Positions 1 to 9,291 are shown, counted from the stretch's first letter. The stretch: 28,286 nt of DNA from Elusimicrobiota bacterium (GCA_043826435.1 JBDRQF010000023.1:1-28286); one strand, 5' to 3'. The notes: generated from the sequence alone by a model not told the origin. Numbers and translations are program-made.

Positions 1-91
1 AATGAGAGATTACAGTTCCCTGTGTCTTACGAATAGTTTTTAATTCTTTAATAAGATTTTCAGGCATTCTAACAGCCATTAATTTTGTCAT
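1..91 (-). CDS. 5' part of a small ribbon-helix-helix (CopG/antitoxin-like) protein, runs off window edge
   Basis: Not in the ORF track. ATG at 91 preceded by strong SD GGAGGTGG (97-104); manual translation MTKLMAVRMPENLIKELKTIRKTQGTVISH has the alternating beta-strand / P / amphipathic helix / G-turn pattern of RHH proteins. Confidence 0.65.
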   Translation of the reverse strand, partial: MTKLMAVRMPENLIKELKTIRKTQGTVISH

Positions 92-112
92 CTTTACCAC
101 CTCCGCTATCTA

Positions 113-141
113 TTTATAGCATATTATAACAATTTTGTCAA
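113..141 (-). promoter_or_regulatory. sigma70-type promoter for the RHH gene
   Basis: Minus strand TTGACA (141-136), 17-nt spacer, TGc-TATAAA (118-113), just upstream of the SD. Confidence 0.65.
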
Positions 142-266
142 TAGATAAGTAAAAATATGTTTGTTATAATTTAAAATGTTAAAGTGTTTGTTTTTTAATT
201 TTGAATTTTTTTACCAATAGTAGGTAAGGGCGGGTAAGACAAAGTTGCTGGGGGTGCATTCCAGGA

Positions 267-1991
267 TTACTCTATATACTCCTTGAGCGCTTTGCTTCTC
301 ATAGGGTGGCGGAGTTTCCGAACCGCCTTCGCCTCTATCTGGCGGACCCTCTCCCTTGTGATTCCGAAGATTTCTCCGACCTCCTCAAGCGTCCTCGGAT
401 AACCTCCGTCAAGCCCGTACCTGCACTCAAGTATGTCGGCTTCCCTCTCCGAAAGACCCGACAGTATCTTTTTAATTTCTTCCCGGCGCAGGTATTCAAA
501 AACCTTCTTTGCCGGATGGGGGCCCTTCTTGTCCTCTACAAAATCCCTCAGGAACGAGTCATCGTCCTCACCTATGGGAGTATCAAGCGAGATGGGTTCC
601 TGTATCATCCTCAGGATGTGTTTTATTTTCTTAATTGAAACCTTCAGGTGGGTGGAATAATCATCAATGGTCGGTTCCCTGTCGTATGTCTGCTTAAACT
701 TTTTGCACAGTTTCGCCATCTTTGACAGGAGTTCTTTCATATGCACGGGTATCCTTATGGTGCGCGCCTGGTCGGCGATGGCGCGGTTTATTGACTGCCT
801 TATCCACCATGTTGCGTACGTGGAGAATTTGAACCCGCGCTTGTACTCAAACTTCTCCACCGCCTTTATAAGGCCTAAACTGCCTTCCTGAATTAAATCG
901 GCTAATTCAAGCCCGCCGGGTATCAGGTGTTTTTTTGCGATGGAAACGACAAGACGCAGGTTTGCTTTTATAAGTTTAAGTTTGTCACCGAGTATTGAAT
1001 TTTCAAGTTCACGGATTTTATTGTGGATATTAAGGAGTTCTTCCTTGCTCAAAAACATTGAATGGTCAAACTGGCGCAGTTTCCTTGTGATGTTGTTTAT
1101 GTTGACTATGGTCGCCTCTATGCCCGTAAGAGTGTAACCTGTGGCTTTCCTGAATTCGGCCGGGGAAATTTTCTTGCGCCTGCACTGGGTATATACTCTG
1201 ACGAGTTCCGTATAAGGCATCTTGAACCTTTTTTCATACCTGTTGAGTTCTATGTCCCACTCCCTGAAACGGTTTGCGAGGGCCTTTATCTTATTGGTGA
1301 GCCGTTTGATTTTATCCTGGTTCAGGTTAAGGCAGATTATCTTGTCTATTATCCTGTGTTTCTCTTTCAATATCTCCTGTTCAAACATAGTGCGTTTCTT
1401 TTCCTGTAACCGCGAGGACCTGAGTAACCTCTCAAGTTTCTCAATCTTTTTTTCGCTCCTGTCTATAAACACAACCGTCTTTTTCATTTTCATCCGCATG
1501 CGGTATATCTGGCTCTTTGATTTCCTCCCGCGCGGCATGAGTTCCTTGGGCATCATTTCCTTCTGGTTAAGGAGCACCTCCCAGTTCCTTATCTCTTTCA
1601 TGGTAATGGGGGAACCGAGGACTATCAATTCCAACCGTTTTTCATTCTCCCTTATATTCCTTGCAAACAGGACTTCGTCTTCCCTGCTGAGCAGCGGCTC
1701 CCTGCCCATCTCCGTGAGATAGAGACGGACGGCATTCGTGAGTTCTTCTTCCGGACCCAGGTTGAAAGGGATACCCGGCTCTTCAATCGGCTTCAGGGGG
1801 TAGTCAATCACATGTTCCACCTGTTTTTCCACCACCGGGATGCCGAGGTCTTTTAAAGTTACGAAGAAACCGTCCAGTTCGGACGGGGAAACCACGCTTT
1901 CAGGCAGGTAGTGATTTATGTCCTCATAGGTAATGTAGCCGTGTTCCTTCGCTTGCTCAATCAGGTCTTTGAAAATTTCGTTTTTATTCAT
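267..1991 (-). CDS. rpoD: RNA polymerase primary sigma factor RpoD
   Basis: Region 1.1 (GYITYEDIN), 1.2 (VRLYLTEMG), region 2 ([30 protein letters not shown]), region 4 ([15 protein letters not shown]); downstream of dnaG with 8-nt overlap. Confidence 0.98.
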   Translation of the reverse strand: MNKNEIFKDLIEQAKEHGYITYEDINHYLPESVVSPSELDGFFVTLKDLGIPVVEKQVEHVIDYPLKPIEEPGIPFNLGPEEELTNAVRLYLTEMGREPLLSREDEVLFARNIRENEKRLELIVLGSPITMKEIRNWEVLLNQKEMMPKELMPRGRKSKSQIYRMRMKMKKTVVFIDRSEKKIEKLERLLRSSRLQEKKRTMFEQEILKEKHRIIDKIICLNLNQDKIKRLTNKIKALANRFREWDIELNRYEKRFKMPYTELVRVYTQCRRKKISPAEFRKATGYTLTGIEATIVNINNITRKLRQFDHSMFLSKEELLNIHNKIRELENSILGDKLKLIKANLRLVVSIAKKHLIPGGLELADLIQEGSLGLIKAVEKFEYKRGFKFSTYATWWIRQSINRAIADQARTIRIPVHMKELLSKMAKLCKKFKQTYDREPTIDDYSTHLKVSIKKIKHILRMIQEPISLDTPIGEDDDSFLRDFVEDKKGPHPAKKVFEYLRREEIKKILSGLSEREADILECRYGLDGGYPRTLEEVGEIFGITRERVRQIEAKAVRKLRHPMRSKALKEYIE

Positions 1992-3723
1992 TCTGATGCA
2001 TCCCTTTCAATTGCCTGGTAAGTTCTTCAAATTCCTTTATCTTCTCCATATCAACCGGGCTCTTACCTTCCCACATCGGAATAACTTCGGATTCCAGATT
2101 CCTTCTTCTCTCCTCCTGCCGTTTCTGGTTCAGGCATTTCAGCAGGGCATCCATTGTCTTTTCCGGGGACTCGCAAACCCTCGTCTCAAAGGACAGCTGC
2201 CTGAGCCATACGGAGGTATCTTCATCCAGCGAATCCATCATGCCGGCAAGTGTCCCGCCATCGCCAAGTATAAACATCAGCGGCAAGCATCGGGCGCACC
2301 TCTCGTCGGAAAGGGATTCAACCGGCACCATCCCCGCAAGTTGCGGGTTCTGCAGGCACAGGCCGACAATCTCTTCTTCAACGCTGCGTAAACGCACCGA
2401 TAAATTATCCAGCAGGGAATGTCCCGAATCAAACTTGCTGCGGCCGGACATGTGGCGCAATTCAGAAAAAATAATCCCCTCGGCGACGCCCGAAACCTGT
2501 GAAAGGAATTTTATCATCTCATGGCGGAATATGTTGTCCCTTATTTTTACTACCGTCTCAAGCATCTGCCTGACAAACTTTGATTTGTTCTCGGGCTTTG
2601 ACATGTCGCAACCACCCGCCAGCTCCTTCGCCCTGAATTCAACCGGGTTTACGCCCGAGTCGGCAAGCCCGCAGAACCTGTCCGCTCCGTACCTCAGGAT
2701 GTATTCGTCGGGGTCCATACCCTCAGGCAGGGAAACGACCCTGCAATTGAACCCGTGTTCAAGACACATCTCGCCTGAACGGATAGCCGCCTGCCTGCCG
2801 CTTTCATCCGAATCAAAAATCAGGACGATGGTGTCCACATGCTTTTTTAACAACTTTAATTGTTCGTCCGTAAGTGACGTACCTTGCGGCGCCACGCAGT
2901 TATCTATCCCATGCTGGTGGGCAACAAGCACGTCCATGTAACCCTCAAGGATTATGGCATGCTTCTTTTTATTCAGCGACGTCTTTGAATGGAACAACCC
3001 GTAGAGGTTTCTGGCTTTGCTATATACGGTCGTGTCAGGGGTGTTCAGGTAAACCGGCTGTACATCCTCCTTGAGCGTCCTGCCACCGAATGCGACCACG
3101 TCCCCGGACAAGTTAAGAATCGGGAATACAACCCTTTCCCTCATAAAATCGTACGGATGCGGGCCTTTCTGGGAAATACCGGCAAGCCCCGCCTTAAAAA
3201 CCATCTCCGGCTTGTATTTCTTCCCTGCAATTTCAAAAAACTTGTTCCCCGCCGGCGCCCACCCTAACGTGAATTTGTCTATGGTCTGCTGGGTTATACC
3301 CCTCTTCAGCAGGTATTTTCTGGCATGGCCGGCGTCCTCCCGTTTGCATATATACTCATAATAGAAGTCCGTCGCCTCTTTCAGTATTTCAAGCAACGTC
3401 CTCTTTTCAGACGAGCCGGCGTCATAGGTCTCCTCAATCTTTATACCCGCACGAGTAGCCAGTTTCCTTATCGCCTCGGGATAGTCCAGGTTTTCAATAA
3501 GCATCATAAACTTAAAAATATCGCCGCCCGCCTTGCACCCGAAACAGTGAAACATATTTTTGGAGGGGCTCACGTAAAAGGAAGGTGTTTTTTCAGAATG
3601 AAACGGGCACAGGGCGGAGTAATCCCTGCCCGACTGTTTAAGGTTAGGTACGTGCGACCGGACAACTTCAACTATATCCAGAGCATTCCTTATTGATTCA
3701 ATAGTTTTGCTTGATATCGCCAT
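1984..3723 (-). CDS. dnaG: DNA primase
   Basis: CHC2 zinc finger (CPFH..TPSF..FHCFGC), YLNTP, TOPRIM (EGYMDV, FDSDESG, DPDEY). Start placed at ATG 3723 (MAISSK) to avoid overlap with the upstream gene; track start is 3771. Confidence 0.97.
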   Translation of the reverse strand: MAISSKTIESIRNALDIVEVVRSHVPNLKQSGRDYSALCPFHSEKTPSFYVSPSKNMFHCFGCKAGGDIFKFMMLIENLDYPEAIRKLATRAGIKIEETYDAGSSEKRTLLEILKEATDFYYEYICKREDAGHARKYLLKRGITQQTIDKFTLGWAPAGNKFFEIAGKKYKPEMVFKAGLAGISQKGPHPYDFMRERVVFPILNLSGDVVAFGGRTLKEDVQPVYLNTPDTTVYSKARNLYGLFHSKTSLNKKKHAIILEGYMDVLVAHQHGIDNCVAPQGTSLTDEQLKLLKKHVDTIVLIFDSDESGRQAAIRSGEMCLEHGFNCRVVSLPEGMDPDEYILRYGADRFCGLADSGVNPVEFRAKELAGGCDMSKPENKSKFVRQMLETVVKIRDNIFRHEMIKFLSQVSGVAEGIIFSELRHMSGRSKFDSGHSLLDNLSVRLRSVEEEIVGLCLQNPQLAGMVPVESLSDERCARCLPLMFILGDGGTLAGMMDSLDEDTSVWLRQLSFETRVCESPEKTMDALLKCLNQKRQEERRRNLESEVIPMWEGKSPVDMEKIKEFEELTRQLKGMHQNE

Positions 3724-3731
3724 TCTGCGTG

Positions 3732-4697
3732 TTATTGTTTCCGCCTGCTTATCCTTCTGAAACCGGAACACTCAATAACTTCCAACTTACCGAATTTCTT
3801 TTCTACGGCATCCAGCAGGAGGTTCATTCCCAGATTATCCGAAGAAATATGCCCTGCGATCACGACGTTTATGTGGTATTTTTCCGCTTTCTTGTAGTGC
3901 TCTTCGGACATGTGCATGCCCACCACTGTCCCTACTCCTGAATTGGCTAATTTTTCAAACACCTCGGTTGAGCCCTCCGTGCCGCCCGTCATATCAACGA
4001 AAATTTTTCCCGCTTTCTTTTCTTTTGAGCCGACAAAAATGACCGGGCCCCTGCTGTCCCTGACCGCCGACTTGTATTCGGGAATGGCCTTCAGGAGTTT
4101 TATAACCCCTTCAATGGTTTCGGGTTTTTGCGCATCAAACTGCTTCTGCAGATAACCTGTAACGCAATTGTCTGCCGGTGTATGGGCGGACATAAACGTA
4201 ATGTTTAAAAGTTTCGCTGAATCAACCGCCCTGCTGTGGTTCTGCGGCAGCACCTTCCTTGAGACCTCTTTTATTCTCGGTTCCATTATCGCCTCGGCGA
4301 TGTTTATGGGAACGCCGAATTTATGGAGTATGTCCGCCTGCATGTTCATAACGTCGTAAAAATTGGCGAACGCCCTGCCTTCAGGGTGGTGGGTAAGAGC
4401 AATGTCAACCTTCCTGCCCGACCCTCTTAGTACGTGCAGCAAGAGGAGTTCGGGGGTTTCAATGTCTATCCCGACCATTAAGGATTTTACAGGTGTGGCC
4501 GGGTCACCGAAAAGCATGCGGGTATCGGCGTACGGGTTTGAAAGTTTCTCCGTGTCATACTCATTCTTTTCTTCCTTTGAGAGTTTCCCGTACCGGTCGC
4601 TTTCCGTCTTTAACTGTTTCCCGACGACAGCGCCACCCCTCGGGTCGTTCCTGACGCCCGTTTCTACCACGAATTTGTATAGTTCTTCAAATTTCAT
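3732..4697 (-). CDS. Nif3-like (NGG1p-interacting factor 3 family) dinuclear metal protein
   Basis: Metal-ligand motifs GID, THHPEG, HTPADN, GHISSD in a 321-aa ORF. Confidence 0.8.
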   Translation of the reverse strand: MKFEELYKFVVETGVRNDPRGGAVVGKQLKTESDRYGKLSKEEKNEYDTEKLSNPYADTRMLFGDPATPVKSLMVGIDIETPELLLLHVLRGSGRKVDIALTHHPEGRAFANFYDVMNMQADILHKFGVPINIAEAIMEPRIKEVSRKVLPQNHSRAVDSAKLLNITFMSAHTPADNCVTGYLQKQFDAQKPETIEGVIKLLKAIPEYKSAVRDSRGPVIFVGSKEKKAGKIFVDMTGGTEGSTEVFEKLANSGVGTVVGMHMSEEHYKKAEKYHINVVIAGHISSDNLGMNLLLDAVEKKFGKLEVIECSGFRRISRRKQ

Positions 4698-4700
4698 TTT

Positions 4701-4889
4701 TTACCCTCTTCTGAACTTGCGTTTTCTTCTTCTGCTCTCCGCGAGTTTTTCCTTGCGCATAATGCTCGGGGATTTATAAAACTCATGCCTTTTTATTTCC
4801 TGCAGGATACCTTCCCTTTCGCACGCTCTCTTAAACCTGCGGACGGCGTCGTCTATTGACTCGCCTTCACGTACCTTTATCCCTACCAT
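4701..4889 (-). CDS. rpsU: 30S ribosomal protein bS21
   Basis: VREGESIDDAVRRFKR..GILQEIKRHEFYKSPS, basic tail; SD AAGGAG upstream. Confidence 0.97.
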   Translation of the reverse strand: MVGIKVREGESIDDAVRRFKRACEREGILQEIKRHEFYKSPSIMRKEKLAESRRRKRKFRRG

Positions 4890-5003
4890 TCATCTCACTC
4901 TCCTTTCCTCTTTCAACGGGTATTAGTGGGTCTGTAATTTTTTTCCCTTTTACCTATTAACTTATCCGGGGGACTTACAAGGGGGTGCTTCATCCGAACT
5001 GTC

Positions 5004-5348
5004 TCAGCCGGGGGGCCAGGAAAATTTTCTTCCGCCCAACAGGTGAAAATGCAGGTGAGCCACCGCCTGGCCCGCATCCTGCCCGTTGTTGACCACAAGC
5101 CGGAAACCCTTTTTATCCACCGACGCATCCCCGGCTATTTTCTGAGCCGCTTTATATATCGCGGCGATAAGTCCCTTGTCCGCTTCAACTATGTCCATAA
5201 AAGACGGTATGTGCTTTTTTGGAATTAAAAGAATATGCACCGGCGCCTGTGGGTTTATATCCCTGAAAGCCAGGACTTCCCCGTCTTCATACACTACATT
5301 TGCGGAAATTTTTTTATCCGCTATTTTACAAAAGATACAATCATCCAT
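5004..5348 (-). CDS. hinT: Histidine triad (HIT/HinT) nucleotide-binding protein
   Basis: CIFCKI, AFRDINPQAPVH, GQAVAHLHFHLLGGR, C-terminal WPPG. Confidence 0.95.
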   Translation of the reverse strand: MDDCIFCKIADKKISANVVYEDGEVLAFRDINPQAPVHILLIPKKHIPSFMDIVEADKGLIAAIYKAAQKIAGDASVDKKGFRLVVNNGQDAGQAVAHLHFHLLGGRKFSWPPG

Positions 5349-5431
5349 GCGTGTCCATCCTTATCATCATTCTCTTACTTTCAAAAAAAGGGGAATGTAC
5401 TCTATCGGGCTGGGGCTAACAATTGCATATC

Positions 5432-5460
5432 TATATAACAGAAATTTCCGGTTTTGTCAA
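5432..5460 (-). promoter_or_regulatory. Putative sigma70 promoter for HIT-rpsU-nif3-dnaG-rpoD
   Basis: Minus strand TTGACA (5460-5455), 17-nt spacer, TGt-TATATA (5437-5432). Confidence 0.55.
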
Positions 5461-5478
5461 GGGTTTTCTTAAAAAAAA

Positions 5479-5514
5479 TCAGAACCCCGGGTCAGAACCC
5501 CGGGTCAGAACCCC
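5479..5514. repeat. 13-nt tandem repeat TCAGAACCCCGGG x ~2.8, followed on the minus strand by a T8 tract (possible terminator)
   Basis: Units at 5479, 5492 and 5505 (last one partial), directly after the stop of the HypC-HydE gene; A8 at 5471-5478 on the plus strand. Confidence 0.75.
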
Positions 5515-5517
5515 ATG

Positions 5518-6750
5518 TCAAATCCCGATGTCTGTCGGCGCCCTGCCGATTGACTTGAGCAACTCAATCACTGAGTTTATTTTCCCGGTGATGTCATTGC
5601 GAGGCGCAGCCGAAGCAATCCCCCTACCCACTCTGTCATTGCGAGGCGCAGCCGAAGCAATCCCCCTACCCGGATATATCTCATACAATGCCCTGTATTC
5701 CTGCGGGGTTAAGTTTATCATAAGGGAATTGCCGCCTGAAAGCAGCCCCTGCTTCATCCCGTTTTCCCCGGCAATCGTTTCCATCGCCGTCGTAACGAGT
5801 ATCTTCGCTTCAGGGTAGAGTATCCTTGACCTGGCTATGGTAGTCAGGGCAAGTTCAACTGAAGGGGGAGACGCATCCGCAAGCGGGGTTTCAGGGTGCG
5901 GGATGAAAGGCCCGAACGAAAACATCTCAGCACCGAGAGAATTTGTCATCTCAATATTGCCGAGTATGTCCTTTTCCTCCTGGCCCGGAAGTCCTACAAG
6001 GAAACCGGTAAAAATCAGATATCCCATATCCCTTAAACTCTCAATTAGTTCAACGCGCCCCTCAATGGACTGTCCCGGCTTGAGCCGGGCATACTGCTGC
6101 GAGTCGGCCGTTTCAAATCTCAAAAGGACGCCACGCGCCCCGGCGGCGTACATCCTTTTATATGTCCCTGTGTCCCTTTCGCCTATGCTCCACACAAGCA
6201 GCGCCGGGCACCTCTCCCTGATTTTAGCTGTTATGTCCGCAAGTTTGTCCCCGTCATACCACATGTCTTCGCCCGACTGCAGGACAATCGCCTTGAAGCC
6301 GAGTTTATTAACTGCATTCTCCGCTACGGCAAGGATTTCGTCAACTCCCATCCGGTACCTTTTAAGTTTTGCATTGTCTTTCCTGATTCCGCAATAGAGA
6401 CAGTTATTCCGGCAGTAGTTTGAAAACTCAATGATGCCGTGGACACAGCAGGCATTGCCCAGGTGTTTCTGTCGGATTGAGTTTGCCGTCTGGTAAAGGG
6501 TTTTTGGGTTGTGGGCGAGACGCAGGTCGGTCTCCTGCAGTTTGAAGAAGTATTCTCTCCATGTTTCAAGAATCGGGATCGCCTCTTCCTCGGAAATTTT
6601 CTGAATCACAAGCCCGCCCTGGGCATAAACGTAGTCGCCGGGCGCAAGTTCGTAGAAGTCGTTTTTCGCCTTCCGCTTCTCGCCGAAGTAATCAACCGTA
6701 ATTACCCTGTCCTTTATTTCCGTTACCTTACCCGGTATTGCGTAACACAT
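5518..6750 (-). CDS. Fusion protein: N-terminal HypC/HupF-like domain + HydE-like radical SAM domain
   Basis: Residues ~1-65 MCYAIPGKV..TVDYFGEKR..PGDYVYAQGGLVIQKISEEEA match the HypC pattern; the rest has HydE motifs GIIEFSNYCRNNCLYCGIR, VLQSGED, LLRFET, GFLVGLPGQ, GPFIPHPETPL, TTA, NLTP..YR..YEIYPG; adjacent to hydG. Confidence 0.88.
   Translation of the reverse strand: MCYAIPGKVTEIKDRVITVDYFGEKRKAKNDFYELAPGDYVYAQGGLVIQKISEEEAIPILETWREYFFKLQETDLRLAHNPKTLYQTANSIRQKHLGNACCVHGIIEFSNYCRNNCLYCGIRKDNAKLKRYRMGVDEILAVAENAVNKLGFKAIVLQSGEDMWYDGDKLADITAKIRERCPALLVWSIGERDTGTYKRMYAAGARGVLLRFETADSQQYARLKPGQSIEGRVELIESLRDMGYLIFTGFLVGLPGQEEKDILGNIEMTNSLGAEMFSFGPFIPHPETPLADASPPSVELALTTIARSRILYPEAKILVTTAMETIAGENGMKQGLLSGGNSLMINLTPQEYRALYEIYPGRGIASAAPRNDRVGRGIASAAPRNDITGKINSVIELLKSIGRAPTDIGI
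5592..5671. repeat. Two head-to-tail palindromic REP-like units (42-nt period) in frame in the HypC-HydE gene
   Basis: TGTCATTGCGAGGCGCAGCCGAAGCAATCCCCCTACCC at 5592 and 5634; encode GRGIASAAPRND twice. Confidence 0.95.
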
Positions 6751-6776
6751 TGGTTCAAGTCCGCCCTCGTATCTGA

Positions 6777-8165
6777 TTAAAAGTAAACATCCCTCCTGCC
6801 CTCTTTTATTTTGTTTAATTTTTCCGCCGTCCTGTCCCGCGCGGCTTTGTTTTCAATCTTATTCAGATAAAAACCGATAACCTCATACCCCTTTCTGTAA
6901 ACCGGGGTATCGCCGTTATTCTTAACGAAGTCCTCAAGGTATTCTGCAAACGTAAGCAGGGCGTTGGGCCTGCAGAGGTTATGGATGTCACCCGGCTTTG
7001 CGAGGTCCATAAACGCCTTCCCCGTCCTACCGCTGCGGTAACACGCGGTGCAGAAACTCGGCAGGAGTTTGTCGTCCAGAACTCCCTCAATAACTTCAAC
7101 CAGCGGCCTCTCGTCATAAATTTTAAACTGGCCGTCGCCGCTGTCTTTCCCGTAACCGCCAACGCTCGTAACCGAGCAGGCGCTTGCCTGCGATATGCCT
7201 ATACGGAACGCCTCTTTTCTTATTTCCGGTTTCTCCCGCGTGGAAATAATCATTCCCGTATAAGGAACCACAGCCCTTAATATTGCAATAATCTTTAAGA
7301 AGTCGCTATCCGGCACGAGGTACTGCGGGGCATAAGCCACCGTCGGTGCAGGCCTGAACCTCGGCACGGAAAATGTATGCGGGCCCACCCCGAACTCCCC
7401 GTCCATGTAGATTGCATGAGACACGAGCGCAAGGACTTCAAAACGCCAGTCATACAGGCCGAAAAGGGCTCCCAGTCCAAGATCGTCCAGTCCCGCCTCA
7501 AAAGCCCTTATGTGGGCGGTCAACTGCCTGTCATAGTCCGCCTTGGGCCCGTTATGAATTTTTTCATAAGTATCCCTGTGATATGTCTCCTGGAACAACT
7601 GGTAGGTGCCTATGCCCGCCGCTTTGAGCCGTTTGTAATCATCCACCGTCGTAGCGGCGATGTTTACATTTATACGTCTGATGTTGCCTTTTTCCGTCTT
7701 AACCGAATATATCCTGTCTATCGCATCAACCACATAGTCAATACCGTTTTTTACGGGATCCTCACCGCATTCCAGAAGCAGTCGCTTGTGTCCCATGTTT
7801 ATGAGGAACCTTGCCTGTCCTTCAATTTCCCCCATCGTGAGTTTTTTTCTTTCCATTGATTTGTTTCTTGTGTGGAAGTTGCAGTAATCGCAGTCGTTTA
7901 TGCAGAAATCCGAGATATACAGAGGCGCGAAAAACACAAGACGCTCGCCGTAAATCCTTTCCTTAATCCGGGCAGCGATATTAAAAAGTTCACCCGTGAG
8001 TTCCTGATCTTTGAGGTGGAGCAAAACCCCCGCTTCTTCAGGGTCAAGCCCTTTCATCTCGCCTGCTTTGGCAAGTATCTCGCGGACAGCATGCCTGTCA
8101 GCGGATAATTTTGACGATTTTTCAAGAATGTCGTTTATGCGTTTTTCGTCTATAATTTTAATCAT
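6777..8165 (-). CDS. hydG: [FeFe]-hydrogenase H-cluster maturase HydG (radical SAM tyrosine lyase)
   Basis: FAPLYISDFCINDCDYC, GNIRRINVNIA, GIGTYQLFQETYH, GPHTFSVPR, and C-terminal CTAC-x22-C auxiliary cluster motif that distinguishes HydG from ThiH. Confidence 0.95.
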   Translation of the reverse strand: MIKIIDEKRINDILEKSSKLSADRHAVREILAKAGEMKGLDPEEAGVLLHLKDQELTGELFNIAARIKERIYGERLVFFAPLYISDFCINDCDYCNFHTRNKSMERKKLTMGEIEGQARFLINMGHKRLLLECGEDPVKNGIDYVVDAIDRIYSVKTEKGNIRRINVNIAATTVDDYKRLKAAGIGTYQLFQETYHRDTYEKIHNGPKADYDRQLTAHIRAFEAGLDDLGLGALFGLYDWRFEVLALVSHAIYMDGEFGVGPHTFSVPRFRPAPTVAYAPQYLVPDSDFLKIIAILRAVVPYTGMIISTREKPEIRKEAFRIGISQASACSVTSVGGYGKDSGDGQFKIYDERPLVEVIEGVLDDKLLPSFCTACYRSGRTGKAFMDLAKPGDIHNLCRPNALLTFAEYLEDFVKNNGDTPVYRKGYEVIGFYLNKIENKAARDRTAEKLNKIKEGRRDVYF

Positions 8166-9291
8166 GTTGATTAATGACGTTCGCCCTTTTTTTGATTTCT
8201 GATGAAGGCACCTGCCCGTCTAACCTTATCGCAGACGTCCCGCGCCTGGGGGAATACCTGAATACGTGCAGGCCGTCAAATTTATTCTCCCGTAAAAACC
8301 TGCGGGTGTTATCAAAACTTTTCTGCGTCTCGCCCGGAAAACCGACGATAACGTCCGAAGTAATCTTTATCCCGGGAATCTTTAAACGCAGTTCGCTGAT
8401 TTTTTCCTGAAATCGGGCGGCAGTATAAGGCCTGTTCATTCTTTTAAGAACCCGGTCATCAGCTGACTGCAGCGGTATATGAAGGTGTCTTTTGATTCCG
8501 GGGTTGTTGCCCATCAGATGTATTAATTCAGGGGTTACCTCGTTCAACTCAATGGACGAAAGGGATATACTAACGGGGGTGTTCAGAAGCGCCTCTCTTA
8601 ACAGGCCACACAAACCGTTCCCGTTGTTCGAATATTTCCCCAGCCGGATGCCGCACAGCACGACCTCTTTATAGCCGTTCCTGACAAGTCCGGAAATTTC
8701 TTTCAGGACGTCCCCCTGCGGCTTACTCCATAATTTTGGCCTCACATACGGCACGATACAATAACTGCATGACGCGTCACACCCGTCCTGGATTTTTACA
8801 AACGCCTTTGAGTGGCCTGCAAAATGCGTGATTGCATCGCCCTGCCGACAGTCCTGTTGCCCATCTTGCCTCCCGTCCTGCCGTCCCGGCTGCCCCGGCT
8901 GCTCCGGCTGCCCCGGGGCACAGTCGCCTAATTGCCCAGAGACGTCATCCTTTTCAGGATACACCTCAACCCTGGGGGATAATCTCCTGATTTCATCACC
9001 CGCAGAGACCGCATAACAACCTGTGACAATTACCCTGGCGGATGGATTTTCTCTCAGTATCCTCCTGACGATCTGCCTGCAGTCCGCATCGGCATTGTGG
9101 GTAACCGTGCAGGAGTTTATAACGCACACGTCCGCATCCGTGTGGCTGGCGACCCGCTCGTAATTTTTACTACGGGCACCTACACCGGCACTCCCGTCCC
9201 CCCGGCCGCTACCGCAAATGGATTCCATCAGCAGTTGCGTTTCATACTGGTTCACCCTGCACCCGGAAGTGTAAAAGTATATTTTTGTCAT
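8158..9291 (-). CDS. mtaB: tRNA methylthiotransferase MtaB-like, lacking the C-terminal TRAM domain
   Basis: UPF0004 cysteines (GCRVNQYET, NSCTVT, GCYA), KIQDGCDASCSYC, HLHIPLQS, DVIVGFPGET, HVFRYSPRRGT; position after dnaJ. Start placed at ATG 9291 (MTKIY); the track start 9309 touches the repeat. Confidence 0.88.
   Translation of the reverse strand: MTKIYFYTSGCRVNQYETQLLMESICGSGRGDGSAGVGARSKNYERVASHTDADVCVINSCTVTHNADADCRQIVRRILRENPSARVIVTGCYAVSAGDEIRRLSPRVEVYPEKDDVSGQLGDCAPGQPEQPGQPGRQDGRQDGQQDCRQGDAITHFAGHSKAFVKIQDGCDASCSYCIVPYVRPKLWSKPQGDVLKEISGLVRNGYKEVVLCGIRLGKYSNNGNGLCGLLREALLNTPVSISLSSIELNEVTPELIHLMGNNPGIKRHLHIPLQSADDRVLKRMNRPYTAARFQEKISELRLKIPGIKITSDVIVGFPGETQKSFDNTRRFLRENKFDGLHVFRYSPRRGTSAIRLDGQVPSSEIKKRANVINQHD

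Noticed and set aside
267..1991. Taxonomic assignment (RpoD non-conserved region reminiscent of Elusimicrobiota)
   Set aside because: Impression from memory only; cannot be supported without a marker-gene search.
3732..4697. Nif3-like gene as a partner of the maturases (HcgD of [Fe]-hydrogenase cofactor synthesis is Nif3-like)
   Set aside because: It is separated from the cassette by a promoter, HIT and rpsU, and Nif3 genes are common neighbours of dnaG-rpoD; no specific link is visible.
4890..5003. Possible structured rpsU leader RNA
   Set aside because: No convincing stem or known motif recognised; would need a covariance search.
5518..6750. BioB or PylB instead of HydE
   Set aside because: IEFSNYC, LQSGED, LLRFET, GPFIPHPETPL and the YxxY motif fit HydE best, and hydG is adjacent; phylogeny is still needed to confirm.
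6777..8165. ThiH instead of HydG
   Set aside because: Length and the C-terminal Cx2Cx22C motif, plus the HydE-like neighbour, indicate HydG.
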